NCBI GenBank assembly: GCA_964452565.1
Contig: CAYVLY010000002.1
Span: forward strand, 119,166-183,165
DNA length: 64,000 nucleotides
DNA from: an uncultured Gammaproteobacteria bacterium
GTDB taxonomy: Bacteria > Patescibacteriota > Patescibacteriia > UBA9934
Reading direction: 5' to 3'
Part shown: positions 18,407-27,623 of the stretch, piece after piece
How the letters are laid out: every line of letters begins with the position of its first letter
Numbering within the stretch: position 1 is the first letter of the stretch
Program-made: the position numbers and the translations under genes
Notes under the pieces: model-generated
Told to the model about the DNA's origin: nothing
Database searches by the model: none
Seen by the model: the letters and a program-made list of their open reading frames with translations, nothing else

Positions 18407-19367
18407 CTACCTGGATGACGTGTTCCTGCCTGTTGTGCAGCGCGACAAGGCGCCCAAGACCTACGCCGGAGCCTGCCGGGCAGCCAATGCGCTCAAGCCC
18501 ATCCTTGGCCAGTTGCAGCTCGACCAGATCAACTTCGCCGCCGCCGATGCCTATGTGACCGAGCGGAAGAAGCTTGGCCGGAGGTCGAGGACCATCATCC
18601 TGGAGCTGCGCTACCTGCGCCAAGCCCTGCAGCACGCCCACGCCTGCGAAGTCATCCGCCAGGTGCCGGAGCTGCCCAGGATTGCCGACCGTGACCGTAA
18701 GCCCCACAAGTTCCTCACCGAAGAGGAGTCTGAGCGCCTGTTGGATGCCCTACGCCCCCTGGACGAGCAGCCCCACCGGGTCACCCGTGGGAGGCCACCC
18801 ATCACCAGGGACCAGCTCACCTACCTGGTGGTGCTGATGGCTCTCAACGCCGGTCTACGCAAGAGCGAGATCCTGACCCGCGGCTGGGAGGATATCCACT
18901 GGCAGCAGGGGCCTCTGGGCACCATCATCATCAGCCACAAGCCCGAGGTGGGTTTCGTGGTGAAGAAGGGGCGCGAACGGGCCATCCCGCTCACACCGAA
19001 TCTGCGCCACGCCCTGGAAGACGCCCACGAGGCTGCCGGCAGGCCGTCATCGGGCTGGATCTTCCCCTCGCCGAGGATTCCTGGCCAGCCGCGAAAGAAC
19101 TTCGCCCAAGCCCTGGCTCGGGCCTGCAGGCGAGCAGGGCTGCCGCGCATCCATCCCCACGGCCTGCGCCACACCTGGGCCACCAGGCTTGCCATGCAGG
19201 GGGTAGACCGTCGGACGCTCATGGAGCTGGGCGGCTGGAAGGAGGGCCGGATGCTTGATGAGATCTACGCCCACACCACCGACGCTCACAAGGCCGAGGT
19301 CATGGCGCGCATGGGCATCGGCCGCCATGAGAAGAGCCCCGAGGGTGAGCCGGATGATGAGGAGTAG
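18156..19367 (+). CDS. int: Phage-type tyrosine integrase
   Basis: N-terminal arm-binding-type segment (AWLQKSKRLNPDTGKKEIYYRICWRVNGKKRTRG). C-terminal catalytic HGLRHTWATRL...LGGWKEGRMLDEIYAH (R..HxxR..Y). Confidence 0.9.
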   Translation: MPMAWLQKSKRLNPDTGKKEIYYRICWRVNGKKRTRGIGFCGVVEAKELLKIFEGKQAVGEEVAPPPSSEPTSAEPALVPKLADYLDDVFLPVVQRDKAPKTYAGACRAANALKPILGQLQLDQINFAAADAYVTERKKLGRRSRTIILELRYLRQALQHAHACEVIRQVPELPRIADRDRKPHKFLTEEESERLLDALRPLDEQPHRVTRGRPPITRDQLTYLVVLMALNAGLRKSEILTRGWEDIHWQQGPLGTIIISHKPEVGFVVKKGRERAIPLTPNLRHALEDAHEAAGRPSSGWIFPSPRIPGQPRKNFAQALARACRRAGLPRIHPHGLRHTWATRLAMQGVDRRTLMELGGWKEGRMLDEIYAHTTDAHKAEVMARMGIGRHEKSPEGEPDDEE

Positions 19368-19735
19368 GTGCCACCCAGCTGCCACCCACGGCCAGCCTTC
19401 AAGGGCTCTCTGGGAGCAGATTTCTCTGGGTGCCACCCAGAACTGCCACCCAGCAGCCTCAATCGCTCCTTCAACGAAAAGACCCACTCTGCGGTTTGCA
19501 AAGTGGGTCGTTCTTTTTCGTCGAGTCGGGGTGGGCGGATTCGAACCGCCGACTTCCTGCTCCCAAATGATCGAATCGGGGAGGTATATCCTGTGTTTTC
19601 AAGGGGTTACAGTGCACCAGGATGCACGGTTTTGCACGGAAATGCACCTGGTTGCCACCCAGTGCCACCCAGCAGATGGGAGGATGATGGTGCGATATGG
19701 AGTCGGTGGTTCTGGGTGGCAGGGTGCCACCCAGT
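19368..19735. promoter_or_regulatory. attP-like region: eight copies of TGCCACCCAG (one inverted) in two clusters flanking a tRNA 3'-end-like core
   Basis: Copies start near 19369, 19380, 19431, 19444, 19653, 19663 and 19726, with the inverted copy at 19712. Layout is that of arm-type integrase-binding sites on both sides of a core. Confidence 0.5.
19525..19553 (-). other. tRNA 3'-end fragment (T-arm GGCGG-TTCGAAT-CCGCC plus acceptor 3' strand), candidate attachment core. Not a complete tRNA.
   Basis: Reverse complement reads GGCGGTTCGAATCCGCCCACCCCGAC. No matching 5' half. Differs from the tRNA-Val 3' end at 36061. Confidence 0.5.
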
Positions 19736-19858
19736 GTATCTACAAAATGGTACTCCTTTGCGCCAATGGGCAGCCGATGGATGTCAAGATTCTGTCAAGT
19801 CGGCATGGCAGCCTCCATGGATGTCCAATCCCGTAGATCGGCATGCGAGCCTACGAGC

Positions 19859-20770
19859 ATGAAGAACATCCACGCCATTCTCGAACAGCTTCTCACGCTC
19901 GCTCCCTTCCCTCTGACCGCAGCAGACATCAGGGAAGGGCTTGCCGACCTGCAGCTCGCACTGGCCGGTCTTGCCGTTGAGGTGCTGGAGGCAGAACGAA
20001 AAGAGCTCCCACTCCGCGAGGCTGCAGAGCTGGAGCGATTTCCCCGAATGCGGCTCGTTCATCTCGCCATCTTCGATCTACTCCGTTTTGAACTCCCCAA
20101 GGAGTATAGAGAAGTGCTGCGTGAGGTCAGCGCCGACAGTCAGGAGGAACCTCTCTTCGTACGCGACATCAAGCTCGCGCTGGTGAACTGCGCCCGGGAG
20201 TCGGACAACCCGGCAGAGCGCGCTGTCAGCCGTTTCTTTCTGTTTGAGATTATTCGCCTTGGCATGGTGATTGTCGCCTGGCTGGCGGGAGGCATTGAAG
20301 CCGTAGGCGGAGACCAGCAAGACATCGACGAGTTGGCGGAATCCGAGGTGGATGAGTGGTTGAGCAGGCCTCTTCTTCCTGGCCCGATCAGAACCTTCGA
20401 CGTGATCTTTGCTGGTGCCTTGCTACGCCTCAATGGCCGCGCTGATGTGCTTGCCGAGATGATGAATGAGCTCTCCGATGAAGCTCGCAGGGCTCAACTC
20501 TTCCGAGCTGCAGTGGAGGCCAAGCTGCGTGAGATGCCCGCAGCAGAGGCCGTGCTGATCCGCAACATGGTAGCCCCAGCGCTCGACGGGCAGCACGTGA
20601 CAGTCGAACGCTTGGCAGGCCTGCACCCCATGGCGCTCGGTCAACACAAGACAGAGGCGCTCTATAAGAAGCAACAAAGGGCGTTTTTGAAGCTTCGGCA
20701 GGGCCAGGATGTGAAGAGGAGCAATCCAGCCCTCTTTGACATGATTCGTGAAATGACCAAGGAAGGATAG
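19859..20770 (+). CDS. Hypothetical all-alpha protein (303 aa)
   Basis: First gene after the att repeats. ATG 19859 chosen because the upstream part of ORF 19697 overlaps the repeat array. Weak Rx4H (RLAGLH) near the C-terminus. Confidence 0.5.
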   Translation: MKNIHAILEQLLTLAPFPLTAADIREGLADLQLALAGLAVEVLEAERKELPLREAAELERFPRMRLVHLAIFDLLRFELPKEYREVLREVSADSQEEPLFVRDIKLALVNCARESDNPAERAVSRFFLFEIIRLGMVIVAWLAGGIEAVGGDQQDIDELAESEVDEWLSRPLLPGPIRTFDVIFAGALLRLNGRADVLAEMMNELSDEARRAQLFRAAVEAKLREMPAAEAVLIRNMVAPALDGQHVTVERLAGLHPMALGQHKTEALYKKQQRAFLKLRQGQDVKRSNPALFDMIREMTKEG

Positions 20771-20781
20771 CAGAACATCCC

Positions 20782-21213
20782 ATGACTTATGCGATCGCTA
20801 CATATGACTGGCAAAACGTGCTTGATGCGCTTGACGGACACGAACCAGGCTCCATCCTCCGCCTATCCAAGCGCTCCGTACCACATCCGCTCGACCAGGG
20901 GGCCAGAGAATCTGTAGGGCTGCCTCAAGGCCAGTCGGCTGACTACCGCTGGGAGCTTGAGAGTGGAGAGAGCCTGCATGTCAGGGATTTCGGCACGCAT
21001 TATGAAGCCCACATTGACCTCGTTGACCCTGCGGTCGATCTGCTGGCTCATCTGGCGAACGATGCCCCTGGAACAATGATCACGGGTAGTGCGGCTGGTG
21101 GCGCGTTGATCGGGACGGCAGTGGCTCGCACTGCGGCTGGCGCGCTTGTCGGAGGACTTGTTGGTGGGCTCGTAGGAGCTCTGGGAGTCGCTCTGCTCAC
21201 CCAGGATGACTAA
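20782..21213 (+). CDS. Hypothetical protein with a C-terminal glycine-zipper transmembrane segment
   Basis: C-terminus GSAAGGALIGTAVARTAAGALVGGLVGGLVGALGVALL (GxxxG repeats). Confidence 0.45.
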   Translation: MTYAIATYDWQNVLDALDGHEPGSILRLSKRSVPHPLDQGARESVGLPQGQSADYRWELESGESLHVRDFGTHYEAHIDLVDPAVDLLAHLANDAPGTMITGSAAGGALIGTAVARTAAGALVGGLVGGLVGALGVALLTQDD

Positions 21214-21484
21214 AACCAGAAAAGGAACACATGGAGGAGAGAAAATGCGCCGCAAACGCATTCATCGATCACGAATTCCCGAAAAAACTGCCGGCCGCGT
21301 CTACAGTGGCGCAGAGTGGGCCGCAGCTCGACGCGGGCACAGGAACCGTACTCGGTACTCGGGAATTGGAGGACTGGTTGGAGGAATTCTGGGCTCCTTC
21401 GGGGGTCTCTGGGGAGCTGCGGCAGGAGCTGCAATTGGAGCTGGTATCGGAGCGGCTATCGGTGACGAAGTTGACAGTGGTTGA
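21206..21484 (+). CDS. Small basic protein with a glycine-zipper (2TM-like) C-terminus
   Basis: Arg/Lys-rich N-terminus, then GIGGLVGGILGSFGGLWGAAAGAAIGAGIGAAIG. Confidence 0.4.
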   Translation: MTKTRKGTHGGEKMRRKRIHRSRIPEKTAGRVYSGAEWAAARRGHRNRTRYSGIGGLVGGILGSFGGLWGAAAGAAIGAGIGAAIGDEVDSG

Positions 21485-21760
21485 AAGTCATTATCCTTCC
21501 GGGACCGATGACAAAGGACGTGTAGAGCTTCCCCAGCACTCACACTAATTAAACCGATCCCTTGATCCTCCGAGGAGGCTCACCCTTCTTCTTTATTTCA
21601 CAGGGTGTATTTTACAACCGAAATATTCTCGTGCTCTTGAGATAACCAGAGGGGGAAAGAGAGCCATTTACATGTGGTGTATTAGGCGGCGATGCCTTTA
21701 CTTATTCCACGGTCTCGGCTACGGTGCGAGGTAGAGAATCCTCCCATAGGAGCACTTTCT

Positions 21761-23758
21761 ATGCCGAATCAGATTCGAACTCTGCCAGACGGCAAGATAT
21801 GCGATTTCATTGATGGAACTATCCGTAACGACACGCCGGAGGAATACGTTAGGCAGAATATTGAGAAACGCCTCGTCTTGGAGCTTGGGTATTCACTTGG
21901 CCAGATAGCTGTCGAATTTCCTATTCGCATCGGTAGCCGACGGGCACGGATTGACCTTGCCGTATTCCCGGAAGATGCCGCTCACACACAAGACAACGTG
22001 CATGTCATTGTTGAGTGCAAGCGAGAGTCAGTAGAGCCCACCGATCACAAGAACGGCGTTGAGCAACTCAAGTCCTACATGTCGGCTTGCCCCAACGCTG
22101 CTTGGGGGATGTGGACAAATGGCCGATACAAAGATGTGATTCGAAAGACCGTCTCTGACGGCAGCATCGAGTGGGAATCCCCGAATGATATCCCCGCCAA
22201 GGATGGGGATACAGACCGGTTGGACATGCCGTCCCGTGAAGATCTCACTAACGCAACGGACGACAACCTTCTCTTCTCTTTCAAGACATGTCACAATCAC
22301 ATCTATGTTACCGACGGGCTCCAGAAGCAACCCGCCTTCTTTGAGCTTTTAAAGGTGATCTTCTGTAAGATCCACGACGAGCGAAACGTACCTCATGCCC
22401 TTGAGTTCTACGCAACGGCCGCCGAAAAGGCGAGCAATGATGGTCGGCTGACAGTGGCGCGACGCATCGGCAGAATCTTCGATCGAGTGAAGGCGCGATA
22501 CCCAGCCATCTTTGACGGTGGAGACACAATTGCACTGGAACCACGGTCACTTGCCTATGTAGTTGGCGAGCTACACAAGTACAGCTTCCTGACTACAAAC
22601 ATCGACGTGAAAGGCAAGGCGTATGAAGAGTTAGTCGGTGCGAACTTGCGTGGAGACCGCGGAGAATTCTTCACGCCGCGCAATGTGCAGCGCATGGTTA
22701 TCGAAATGCTTGATGTACAGGTCGATGAGCGTGTTCTTGATCCCGCGTGTGGTACAGGTGGTTTCCTTGTCATTGCAATGAAATTGATAATCGATCAACT
22801 TCGAGAAAAGGCAGGATTCTATGCAGATGAGATGGTCAATCCGGCTGTCTTGCACGCCGTCGACCTGCGCGTGCGAGAGCTTGCAAGGTCTTGTTTCTTT
22901 GGTTTCGACATAAACCCCGACCTCGTCAAGGCGACCAAGATGAACATGGTCATGAACAACGATGGGTCGGGTAACATCTTCAGAGAAAACAGTTTATTGC
23001 ATCCACACCAGTGGTCTGACGGTTTCAAACAGGAACTCGCAGACGCGCTCGGGAAAAAGCCTCTTTCTCTGCGTGGGCCAGGCCACCTTGGTTATTTTGA
23101 CGTCATCGCTACGAATCCCCCTTTTGGCGCCAGACTGCCCATCAAGGACCGCGAAACATTGAGTCAATACGATCTTGGCTATGTGTGGACCGAGACGAAA
23201 ACCGGTTGGCAGAAAACACGCAAACTCCAGTCGTCCATGCCGCCTGAAGTTCTCTTTATCGAACGATGCTGGCAGTTTCTCAAACCTGGCGGCCGAATGG
23301 GCATCGTTTTGCCAGATTCCATTCTGGGCGCGCCTGGACAGCGTTTTGTTCGAGAGTGGATACTTCGCCACTGTCGGCTGATTGCCTCGGTCGATCTTCA
23401 TCCAGATACTTTTCAGCCACGCAACAGCACACACACGTCAGTTCTTGTGCTACAGCGAAAGACTGAAGATGAAATCCGTCGAGAGGAGAAACAAGGGCAG
23501 CTCAACGACTACTCGATCTTCATGGCTCAAGCGAAGGCGATTGGTCACGATAGACGAGGAAAGACTATTTATCGTCGAAATGAAGATGGGGAGATTGTGC
23601 TGGTGCCGCCCCCAGGTTCGGTTTCTACGTTGGAACGTACAGCGGACGGTTCTCCAGTCAGCCGTCCTCTACCAAGGCAGAAAATCAAGGACGATGATTG
23701 TCCTTTCATCTCTCAAGAGTTTCGTACCTGGAAGAAGACGGAGGTACTTGGCTGGTGA
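21761..23758 (+). CDS. N6-adenine DNA methyltransferase (HsdM/Type IIG-like) fused to an N-terminal HsdR-N/PD-(D/E)xK nuclease-like domain
   Basis: RBS AGGAG 9 nt upstream of ATG 21761. N-terminal YVRQNIEKRLV...IDLAVF...VIVECKR (restriction-endonuclease-fold core). FFTPRNVQRMV..LDPACGTGGFL (motif I). NPPFG (motif IV). Confidence 0.8.
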   Translation: MPNQIRTLPDGKICDFIDGTIRNDTPEEYVRQNIEKRLVLELGYSLGQIAVEFPIRIGSRRARIDLAVFPEDAAHTQDNVHVIVECKRESVEPTDHKNGVEQLKSYMSACPNAAWGMWTNGRYKDVIRKTVSDGSIEWESPNDIPAKDGDTDRLDMPSREDLTNATDDNLLFSFKTCHNHIYVTDGLQKQPAFFELLKVIFCKIHDERNVPHALEFYATAAEKASNDGRLTVARRIGRIFDRVKARYPAIFDGGDTIALEPRSLAYVVGELHKYSFLTTNIDVKGKAYEELVGANLRGDRGEFFTPRNVQRMVIEMLDVQVDERVLDPACGTGGFLVIAMKLIIDQLREKAGFYADEMVNPAVLHAVDLRVRELARSCFFGFDINPDLVKATKMNMVMNNDGSGNIFRENSLLHPHQWSDGFKQELADALGKKPLSLRGPGHLGYFDVIATNPPFGARLPIKDRETLSQYDLGYVWTETKTGWQKTRKLQSSMPPEVLFIERCWQFLKPGGRMGIVLPDSILGAPGQRFVREWILRHCRLIASVDLHPDTFQPRNSTHTSVLVLQRKTEDEIRREEKQGQLNDYSIFMAQAKAIGHDRRGKTIYRRNEDGEIVLVPPPGSVSTLERTADGSPVSRPLPRQKIKDDDCPFISQEFRTWKKTEVLGW

Positions 23759-25479
23759 GACCTCAATTTGCCCCAAACACGTCGGAGATTCCAGCAAGGC
23801 CCCGTAGGGACTCTATTGCCACAACGGTTTCACTCAAAGAAGTCGTCACCCAAGGAACACGGTTTGACGCTTCAGCGTACGACATAGAATCACGCAATAC
23901 GCTCACAACGATTGAGTCGTGTGGGCTATGTGTCCTGCCGTTGTTCGGCTCGAAAGGCCTCTGCAAGGAAGCACACAATGCCTTCCGCTTCAGGCGAGTT
24001 TTTGCTTCAGAACAAGGGCTACCGTTCCTGACCAGCGCTGACATCATCAAGATGCGACTGGACTATCGTCGTCATTTGAGTCGATCGCAGACTCCACGAG
24101 TGCGAGAGCTTCTTCTTCAGAAGTGGGATGTCTTAATTTCTTGTTCGGGAACCATTGGAAACGTCGCGCTGGCGGGTCCGGCGGTCGAAGGGTTTGCAGC
24201 GTCACAAGATATCATTCGGCTTCGTGCGACAAATAGTGACATTGCAGGTTACGTTGCGGCTTTCCTGCGTTCTCGCTATGGGAGAGGACTGATTGCGAAT
24301 GCGACCTATGGATCGGTAATAACGCACATTGAACCAGATCACCTATCCAGGATTCCCATCCCTGTACCACGTCCACACCTCATGAACGTCGTTGGCACGC
24401 AGATGAGAGAAGCCGTGCTACTGCGTGAACGAGCAAATCGGCTTCTCGATGACGCGGAAGCCGCCCTGTACGATGTTCTCGGCTTCGAGAGGCTTGATAC
24501 CCGGCACATGCGATCTACCACCATTCGCGCTCGGGAGCTCAATGGCCGCTTCGATGCCAGATACCACGAGCCAGTTGCTATTGCTGCTCTGCGGGATTTG
24601 GAGACATGCCGTTATCCGATATCGACAATTGGCGATGGCGCTGTATGTACTGAGATCCGGCAGGTCACGAGGTTTCGTAAGCGCGTATATGTTGAACGAG
24701 GTGGAATTCCTCTCCTAACAACGCGGCAGCTATTCCAGTACGACCCAGTCAAGATAAGTCACCTTGCAAAAGGCGCGCACGAAAAAGACCTCAAAGAAAT
24801 CGCGCTTGCGCCGAACATGGTAACTGTGAACTGCTCTGGTCGACTCGGCCGAGTGCAGGCAGGCACGCTCGGGCGTGTGCAGATTATCCCCAGATATATG
24901 TCGGAGTGGACTACTTCTCAACATGCACTGCGGCTTGTCGCTGCGCCTGACCTCAACGCAGGCTATCTCTATGCCTGGCTTGCCTCGGCCCACGGCCTTC
25001 GTGTCATTACGCGCCATGCATATGGCTCCGTAGTCGTTCACATTAACCGTCACATGATGGCCGAGGTTCCAATACCTCTCCCAACAAGGGAGAAGCGCAA
25101 CATGATTGGCGATCTTGTACTTCTGGCAAACCGACTGCGCGATGAAGCCTGGCGAAGGGAGCAAACTGCTATCCGGCAAGTTGAGGCTCTCATAGCCCTC
25201 CCCCCAGCTGAACATGATCCGATGGGATTTCGGATGGCTCAACTGGAGGCGGAGGCGAGTGGCGTTTATGCGCAGATAGAAAGTTCGTCTGACGAGCAAG
25301 AGGCATCCCGTCTACGCAGGAGACTTCGGCATCTACAACAAGAGCAGTCGGACCTGATGCAACAGGTCTTCTCCAGCCAGTTCTCACTTCCCCCAGAAGT
25401 TGGAGAGGATGTTATCGCCCTTGCTGACCGAGTACTGCGGGAGTATCGTGCTACTACCACCACGGCTTCAACCAAGTGA
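23698..25479 (+). CDS. hsdS: Type I restriction-modification specificity subunit (HsdS) with two target-recognition domains
   Basis: Duplicated TRD architecture with conserved SGTIGN/NCSGRLGRV-type segments and a central coiled-coil spacer. Alternative GTG start at 23755 overlaps the methyltransferase stop (GTGA). Confidence 0.75.
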   Translation: MSFHLSRVSYLEEDGGTWLVRPQFAPNTSEIPARPRRDSIATTVSLKEVVTQGTRFDASAYDIESRNTLTTIESCGLCVLPLFGSKGLCKEAHNAFRFRRVFASEQGLPFLTSADIIKMRLDYRRHLSRSQTPRVRELLLQKWDVLISCSGTIGNVALAGPAVEGFAASQDIIRLRATNSDIAGYVAAFLRSRYGRGLIANATYGSVITHIEPDHLSRIPIPVPRPHLMNVVGTQMREAVLLRERANRLLDDAEAALYDVLGFERLDTRHMRSTTIRARELNGRFDARYHEPVAIAALRDLETCRYPISTIGDGAVCTEIRQVTRFRKRVYVERGGIPLLTTRQLFQYDPVKISHLAKGAHEKDLKEIALAPNMVTVNCSGRLGRVQAGTLGRVQIIPRYMSEWTTSQHALRLVAAPDLNAGYLYAWLASAHGLRVITRHAYGSVVVHINRHMMAEVPIPLPTREKRNMIGDLVLLANRLRDEAWRREQTAIRQVEALIALPPAEHDPMGFRMAQLEAEASGVYAQIESSSDEQEASRLRRRLRHLQQEQSDLMQQVFSSQFSLPPEVGEDVIALADRVLREYRATTTTASTK

Positions 25480-26209
25480 TGTACCTCTTGAGCGCCGACA
25501 CTCACCCCGCCCACTTCGAGGAGAGTATGGGTATAGAGGGTATCGACCATGTATACGCTGGGATTTTGGTTTCACCTGCGCGATATGCCTTCTCCACGAA
25601 GCAGACTTCGTTGCTATTGGAATAGAGGGTACGGGGCTAACATCTATTGAGCATATTGAGGCGAGGAGTCACGACCAAGACCTCGTCAATGAATATTCCA
25701 ATCTTCTATATGCCTGTCGTTTCTGCAATACTGCACGGTCAAACCGTGGAAGATCTGCTCTGGATGGAGCGCAACTTCTGGACCCTACAGAAGCGGCCTG
25801 GGAGAACCACTTTTACATAGCTGCAGACGAACTTCGCCCGAAGCATGGAGATCACTCGGCGCAATACACGGCTGACTGCTACGATATTAAAGAACCGCGT
25901 AAAACAACTCTGCGCCGGCTCCGAAGGGAGCACGTCCAGTACTCACAGCGAGTGCTTGAAGCCGCGCCAGGACGTATTGCAGAGCTTAATAACGCCTTGG
26001 CAGACGATTCGATTTCGCCCTCATCTTCGCTCTACCTTCTCCTGAAGAACACGCTGGACGATTTGAAGGTCGAGTATGAGCGCATCATGACAGAGATTCT
26101 TCGCTACTGCGCAATACCGCTTGATGCGGACGACATCTGCCGTTGCGAGGGCGAGGGCAATCGAGCATTGCCGCCATTTATCGCGAGTCAAGTTTGGCAG
26201 ATAGGTTGA
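25400..26209 (+). CDS. HNH endonuclease-domain protein
   Basis: CAICLLHEADF...IEHIEARSH...NLLYACRFCNTAR, i.e. a CxxC...H...N...CxxC HNH motif. Start overlaps hsdS by about 80 nt, and no in-frame start lies downstream of the hsdS stop. Confidence 0.55.
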   Translation: MERMLSPLLTEYCGSIVLLPPRLQPSDVPLERRHSPRPLRGEYGYRGYRPCIRWDFGFTCAICLLHEADFVAIGIEGTGLTSIEHIEARSHDQDLVNEYSNLLYACRFCNTARSNRGRSALDGAQLLDPTEAAWENHFYIAADELRPKHGDHSAQYTADCYDIKEPRKTTLRRLRREHVQYSQRVLEAAPGRIAELNNALADDSISPSSSLYLLLKNTLDDLKVEYERIMTEILRYCAIPLDADDICRCEGEGNRALPPFIASQVWQIG

Positions 26210-26269
26210 GCTTCATGCACGTCGGTGGCGTGGGTGCCCCCATAAGAGAAAACACCCAACAGAAAGTAG

Positions 26270-27406
26270 CTACTGCGGCATTTTGGGCAAAGGCGCCGGA
26301 AAGTGAGGCCATGATATCCATCTGTTGAAGATGGTTTGTCTGAAAAACTCACATATGTTGGTCTGGGTACGAGAATCAATGCGTTCCCAGGCAGAAGGCG
26401 CAATCGCGAAGTTCTCCGTGTATCTTAATACAAGTTCCCAAATTCCCTCCAAGAAGGCAACATCATCATTGCGGCGAAACACTGAATTGACCAGTTCCCC
26501 GGCTGTACGCCTATGGTCACGAGAGTACGAGCAGGACACCAGGGCTCCGCTGTCGGTGAAAGAAATATCAACGGTAGCCCAGGGAAGATTCGTCTGGTCT
26601 CCTTTCTTTGCGTGAATCCTATTTCCAACAGCGTCGAAATGTGGAGTGAAGAACCCGTTCACAGCAAATCCGGGACGTGAGATGTGCCTCCACCGCACAG
26701 CAAGTGCGCGATCTACATGATGATTCAATATGCAACGGTCAAAAGCCTCCTTCACTCGGATAATCCCCTGCATCCCCAGTTGCACACCATAGGACTGGAT
26801 CATTGACAACGTCTGTAGTTCCAAGGACGTGCTTGTGTCTTTTACAATCTTCTTGGTAATGGAAATTGCGTGTTCGAGTGCCCGTTGCTTCTCCCACGCC
26901 TCCCGCAATATTGCCCGATATGCCAAGAGGACGAGTTGGTGCTCGGTCGGATGCTGGAGTTCTTCGGTGTCGATACTTCTGAAGAGTGACGCATCGTGTT
27001 CGGCACACAGGGCGTGAAAAATGCTTGCGTGGCGCGAAATGCCGACAGGCTTGCCACGTATTTCTAGGTGGTTGTCGAGATCTTGCGTCATATCCATCAC
27101 AACAACATGCCCGGTGCCCTCTGAAAGAGGCGTCAAGGTGCGCTTTCGCTGCAGCGAATGACTGCGGATGGGTGTTCTCGGACAGGCCACAGGACCAGGA
27201 GCGAGGCAACGAGGAATCGGTTTGCTTTTTAGCGTCTTAAAGAGAACTGCTTTCAATCCGCGCATCACAGAATCGGGACGCAGCAACTGATCGGAGTTCG
27301 GCATTTGCCGTATTTCGTTGATGCTGAATCCCAAGTCTCCTTGGGCGCTCCTCCAAAGCATCTCGTGAAGGAGGGCAGGGTCGAGTTCCCGACGATCAGT
27401 CATCAC
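26270..27406 (-). CDS. Hypothetical protein (378 aa) in a restriction-modification-adjacent defence-like context
   Basis: Clean long ORF. No motif recognised. Convergent with the HNH gene. Confidence 0.5.
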   Translation of the reverse strand: MMTDRRELDPALLHEMLWRSAQGDLGFSINEIRQMPNSDQLLRPDSVMRGLKAVLFKTLKSKPIPRCLAPGPVACPRTPIRSHSLQRKRTLTPLSEGTGHVVVMDMTQDLDNHLEIRGKPVGISRHASIFHALCAEHDASLFRSIDTEELQHPTEHQLVLLAYRAILREAWEKQRALEHAISITKKIVKDTSTSLELQTLSMIQSYGVQLGMQGIIRVKEAFDRCILNHHVDRALAVRWRHISRPGFAVNGFFTPHFDAVGNRIHAKKGDQTNLPWATVDISFTDSGALVSCSYSRDHRRTAGELVNSVFRRNDDVAFLEGIWELVLRYTENFAIAPSAWERIDSRTQTNICEFFRQTIFNRWISWPHFPAPLPKMPQ

Positions 27407-27623
27407 CTGTACCTTCTTGACGATTCACACATGAACAGCACCAAGCACTGAACGGAAGAGAACCTCGAGAAATAGACTCTATTGCCGAAGGGCCTCACCA
27501 CCTGTTTGGGCCGTGCTTGCGGATCGGGTGAAGAGATATCCTTCGGACATTTTTTCTGCAGCTGTCGAGTTTCATACCCCCCTGCACAGAAGCAGCTCGC
27601 CCTCAACGCGGGCTGCTACCCCC

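Noticed and set aside
19500-19620. Complete tRNA gene next to int
   Set aside because: Only the T-arm and 3' acceptor strand are present. No D-arm or anticodon arm, and no matching 5' acceptor strand, could be folded.
19368-19735. Possible CRISPR array from repeated TGCCACCCAG
   Set aside because: Repeats are only 10 bp with irregular spacing (2-200 bp), and one is inverted. This is inconsistent with CRISPR and fits integrase arm sites or iterons instead.
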